Program-made: the position numbers and the translations under genes
Shown here: piece after piece, positions 59,507 to 64,000 of the stretch
How positions within the stretch are numbered: the first letter of the stretch is position 1
Layout of the letters: each line of letters starts with the position of its first letter
From: Amphiscolops sp. MND2022
Taxonomy: Eukaryota
Length of the DNA: 64,000 nucleotides
Direction of reading: 5' to 3'
Assembly (NCBI GenBank): GCA_964187785.1
Contig: OZ076409.1
Span: 5,086,001-5,150,000 of the forward strand
Notes under the pieces: generated by a model
Seen by the model: the letters and a program-made list of their open reading frames with translations, nothing else
What the model was told of the DNA's origin: nothing
The model's database searches: none

Positions 59507-61427
59507 TGTAGAAATTTTAGTTTTTGGCGTCTACAAAAAAATGCATTGCGTTTGCGCGAAGTACATATGACAAATTGAACTGTGTTAATCACGTTTTTAG
59601 ACCGTCGGAAAAATGACAATAACTAAAAAGGCTGACAATAGCGTGCTTCGATATGGCTTATTTGGCAAACTAGACTTTTATAAAGTAAACGAAACTTAAT
59701 AGGCGAAATTAACGAGCTAGTGAGATACGCCGATGATGAATTTGTCCGAATTAACTAAGTTAGAATCGACCGCTTCGAGCAAAATTTACTAAGTTTTTAT
59801 TTTGGGCAAAAACAAGAGGTATGTAAAAAAACACCACCCCCCCCGTCCCGGCGAACTACTGAACCGATCCCGCTGAAAATTGGCACACGTATACCTGAGC
59901 TGTTATGCTACTTGTCCATAAAAAGGGATCCGAGCCGAGACCCCCCAGTCCCGGGCTATTAGCACCGGAAGTGACCTAGGTCGACCCCCCTATGATCTCG
60001 TCGGCCAATCACGGGATAAATCAGATTTTGTATGGAATTGATAGCCCATAGGATATTAGGCCGTTTGCGCATATTTTTGGAACCCTACGACGCGTGTAGG
60101 AGGAGCACGGACCCTAAGTAAATAAACCCCGAACGTCATGTAAATCGCCAACGGATGACCCAAAGATCATGAAACTTACCCAAGATGTTCACCTAGTAAC
60201 CATAAGTAATATACATGAAAGATACATTGATCGATCCACCACGCGCGGAGTAATGTTTGTTTAAGGCACGCGGGACCGGACGCGCGGGCCCGACCGATAA
60301 TAGACCTCGACCTTGGCTTGTAATATCTCAAACGAATTGGGATAACGAATGTAGTTGACTGCTATTGTGAACGGAACAGTATTTGTAACCCACGCGGGGG
60401 TAACCGCCTTAAGTAAACAAACGATATGCACATCACGTAACTCGAAGACCATTGACCCTAGGACGATATAACTTGGCATGTAGCAACTTTAGATGAAGAC
60501 AGATGACTTCAAGGTCACCGATGGACCTCAAGGCCATTCTAGATGTAACCCCGGAGCAGATAGGAAAACGTACATTAAAACATGTAAATCAGCGTCTTTA
60601 AGCGATAATTTATGCATTTCAGTCAGGCGGATCGATTCGCGATGTATTGTACCTAGGATGATGGAAAAGTAACCCTCACACGTAGAGAGTATGAAAACCA
60701 TGTAACTCAAGGTCATTAAACGATTGTCTCGATATTAGAAATATCTCGGGTGACTTGAATTATTATTGAAATGTGAACTTTGTACAACCTTTGTTGAAGT
60801 ATTTGTCGTTGGCGGCGAAGTATGTCTGGCCGAAACATAACTAGAGAGCTGCCATGCCATAAAAGGAATGGAACTACATGAAGTTAAAAGCATGCAAATA
60901 AAAGAGCGACGTCGGTACAATAAAAATGCGGCTGATGGATAAATATCTCAGGGAGGGAAAAAGAGACTGAATTGAGACAGAAGAACGATTACGAAGTCAA
61001 GAGTAAGTTGAGCCGTGTGCGGGCAAGAAACCTACTCGAGATCGAATTTGACTTAACTGCTTAGCGAGAGCAGAGAATTAGTTACAAGTCCGGGACTTGG
61101 AAATCTTTTGAGTGAAACGTGATTCTGGCACAGTCTTGTCGAGTTATTTTATATAATTCATTCACCTGCTGTGCTATTGTTATTTGATTGAGAGTTCATA
61201 TACTGTGGAAATCTTCGACTTGTATTATCCAGATAATTCCTGAATTAGAGTATTAATTGCAAGTAACTTTTCCATAGTGTTTTTTGGAGTCGAAACTTGA
61301 GCACTGGAGAGACTTTGTGAAAAGAGTACGCGATACGTGAACGAAACTTACTCACCAAAAACAAAACCTTTCTGTTAGAATCGAGCCATTGGGATCTCTC
61401 TCCAACCCACTAGCAAAAATTTCTACA
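59507..61427 (+). repeat. 3' LTR (1921 bp)
   Basis: About 6 substitutions and one 2-bp poly-C indel relative to the 5' LTR, by visual comparison. Confidence 0.96.
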
Positions 61428-62974
61428 GTTACCTTAATGGCCCGGGTAGCATTAAGAGCGCTTTTCGGCACCGCGTATCCTGAAGCCGCGAGATAGGTAA
61501 GATTTTAGTAAGCATTAGGTTTTTGATGGCTTTCGACGGAATTGCGGAAAAACGCGTCTTTTCAGATCAATTTTAAAGAAAATTTAGAAATATTCTAGCT
61601 TGTATTTAGATCAATGCCTCGTCCGATTTGGAACTGAATTTTGATCAAAATGGCGCAATAATCTTTTGAGAAATTTGTTGCCTTAAAAATTGACAACACG
61701 CTTGTACAGTTGTGTCGATGAATGAATGGAGCCTATGATTTGTTATGCGAGTGTTGCAAAATACGATACATGAAAAGTTTTAAGAGTTTTTGTCTGTATT
61801 ATATTTCTCTTTCTGTGAATTTGTATCACCGAAATGAGCCAAGTTGGCAAAAAAAACATTTTTGACGTTCGGTTTCAATGCCTAAATTAGCAGCAAGAGT
61901 GAGTCACTGTTTTTCTATGATATTGCTAAAATTGCCAATTTGTGATTGATATCCCTCGAAAATTTTGATCGTCACGTGGCTTAGATTCAGAAAGAAGTTC
62001 GTTTTCAAAGAAAAATCAGTATTCTCAAAATCGTGTTCTATTCTCAATCTTAATACATTAACTGAGAATGTTCGTATGAAGATTGCCGATTTCCTTCAGA
62101 CGCGTGAAAACTAAAGGCCTCAAAGTTTGCTTGAGCAATCAATAGACACAGATGGGTTGGAAGATAATGAAAAAAAAAACAAATCGAAATTGTTTCTGAA
62201 GGACATAAAAATGAAAACTAATATCCGAAACGACAAATCAACTTCATTCACAAAACTGTTATTGTCCACCATCACAAACTCATTTGTGTAGAGGGAGAAA
62301 AATTACCATCGGAGTTGTGTTTTTTTTTCCAAATTCTGCCAAAAGTTCACTCAGTGATAAAATCCATTAAGTTATTAAGTTACTTGAGTAAAATGGGTAA
62401 TTTAGTCACAATTGGCTGTGATTTCGAATCCTAACTGGAGCGTGAACTTTTTTCTACTTTCCCAGACCGACAAACTTTTTGCTTATTTGAGTAGTGTGGC
62501 GGACTTTCGAGCCTCGCCTTTGCCATTAAATTTAAAAAACTTTCCTCTGAGACCTCATTAAATAGCTGGGAGCCTGTAATTACACGTTCATGTATGAAAG
62601 TGTTTTCGAAAGCTCGAATGATAGCTTATACTTCATTTGGTTCATTTTGAACAGTTTTATTACACTTCTTTTCTGTATGGAAACAATTCAATCTTCTATT
62701 TCAATTCAAGGCCTGCAGGTTGCAACTATCAATCATTATTTCATTTTTTAAAACCTACTCGTCCAGTGTTGACCTTCCATGGATATTTTACACTCTTGTT
62801 TGTAGCAACCGAACCAACACGTAGTTCGTACATGCAAAATGCAAAAGTGAACGCTCGATTTGCGCGCTAATTAAACACCTGCCAAAAAACGTTGACAAAT
62901 ATTTCATTAGCAATGTTTATTACCTTTCAAACTCTTAGTCTTAGAATTCACGTATTCTGAAAGCATTGAAATTA

Positions 62975-63290
62975 TGGGTCCGAGGAAAACCAGTGATGAA
63001 GCCAGAAAAAAAGGTCATTCAGAAATTGCTTCAAAACTTTTCGGAATCGAAAATTTCGAACGACCTTTCAGACGCAAAATCTTTTGTGCATCCTTTATTT
63101 CATCGAAAATTTATGAAACTAATTGAAAATACGAGTATCAAAACATAACATTCCAAATCTCCGAGAATTATGGACAATTATTCCAACTGAATTTTTCAAA
63201 ATTCCGGACAGTTTTATCAAGAATTGGTTTGATTCAGTCCCAAGAAGAATTGATGCCGTTATCAAGAACAAAGGCCATTCGATACGAACT
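62975..63290 (+). pseudogene. Internally deleted Tc1/mariner transposase relic
   Basis: NLRELWTII..EFFKIPDSFIKNWFDSVPRRIDAVIKNKG matches the Tc1 C-terminal pattern. The upstream RGKP...EKKVIQKL resembles a Tc3-type N-terminus. TIRs not found. Confidence 0.55.
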
Positions 63291-64000
63291 GAAAACTCTT
63301 CAAAACTAAATATTAACAAGACGCCCGCTGAGCAGCGGGATATTTTCCGCCCCGAACTGTTCTACAACTACATAAGTTTGAGGCTCAAGAATAAGCCAAT
63401 GCACTATAAAAATGCCAATAAGTTCGAAGAAAAGAAAACTTTGATTCATCGTACCCCATTTTAAAGGAAACCCCTAATTTATCATTTCAGAGAGCTGGCC
63501 ACTTTTCGTTTTTTTTCGGCACTATGCGACTTACCGACAAAAGAGAAAGTTTTCAATAAATTTTTTGAAAATAATTTTTTAAAAACAATTTTCAAAATTT
63601 TTAGTTTTCGAGTTTTTCTGTAAAGGAAACAAGTTTCCTGAGTCTTGAGGGTGACCTCTTGGTTACTTTTGATCACGTGGAACTGATGAGTTTTCTTCTT
63701 GATTGTGGGAATTACCTCATTTAAGTTTTTTTCGACTCTGTACCTCTTTCCGAAACTTTCATTTGGTCAAAGTGTACCCCTTGCTTTCATAGCACATTTC
63801 GGCTTGAGAAAAGCAGTTTCGCGAGCTGAAACTCGTTTCGCAATAAATGGTAAAAGGGAAAATGGTAAAAGCTTGAACTTAGGTCTGTTTCAAAGTTAGG
63901 AAAGTTGAGCGATCCCGGTTTGTTATATTATTGTAAATTGTTTCACCAGAAGTGTCAAAAATTGCAAATAGTTTTGACAACTTTAGGGTCAATTTGAGGA

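Larger units (their letters stand above)
52925..61427 (+). mobile_element. Young non-autonomous Gypsy-like LTR retrotransposon (Gag-PR-macrodomain, no RT/RH/IN)
   Basis: TG...CA LTRs with 12-bp terminal inverted repeats, perfect 5-bp TSD GTTAC (52920-52924 and 61428-61432), PBS and PPT present. Confidence 0.96.

Overview
Eukaryotic, AT-rich, repeat-dense animal-like genomic DNA; the organism cannot be determined from the sequence. (1) 1-10.5 kb: a co-oriented minus-strand cluster of mostly decayed genes with chromatin or DNA-binding signatures (SUV4-20-like SET, BEN-like, psq/CENP-B HTH fused to a Cys8 finger) plus an SGNH-hydrolase-like relic. It is partly amplified as a 2.7-3.0 kb tandem unit and ends in a GC-rich double hairpin. 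(2) 11.3-13.9 kb: a decayed CRE-like (RLE-type) non-LTR retrotransposon. (3) 15.7-38.2 kb: the phase-consistent 3' exons of an unidentified host gene. Its introns hold nested hAT, pogo-type, MULE-like and Helentron-associated (HINE/DINE-1-like) elements, tRNA-derived repeats, and a full-length Ingi-like LINE (26510-31076, 12-bp TSD) with a 5' HDV-like ribozyme, a 2A StopGo motif, three PHD-like fingers, APE, RT and RNase H. (4) 40.4-48.3 kb: a four-copy 1.92 kb tandem array built around nested HINEs. (5) 49.85-50.08 kb: two abutting spacer-less palindromes. (6) 52925-61427: the strongest candidate for an undescribed system, a very young LTR retrotransposon (1.92 kb LTRs, 5-bp TSD, PBS, PPT). 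Its single intact ORF is Gag-CCHC-protease fused to a TARG1/OARD1-type ADP-ribosylhydrolase macrodomain, with no RT, RNase H or integrase, followed by two divergent orphan ORFs of about 100 aa. All family assignments come from motif recognition by eye; no searches were run.
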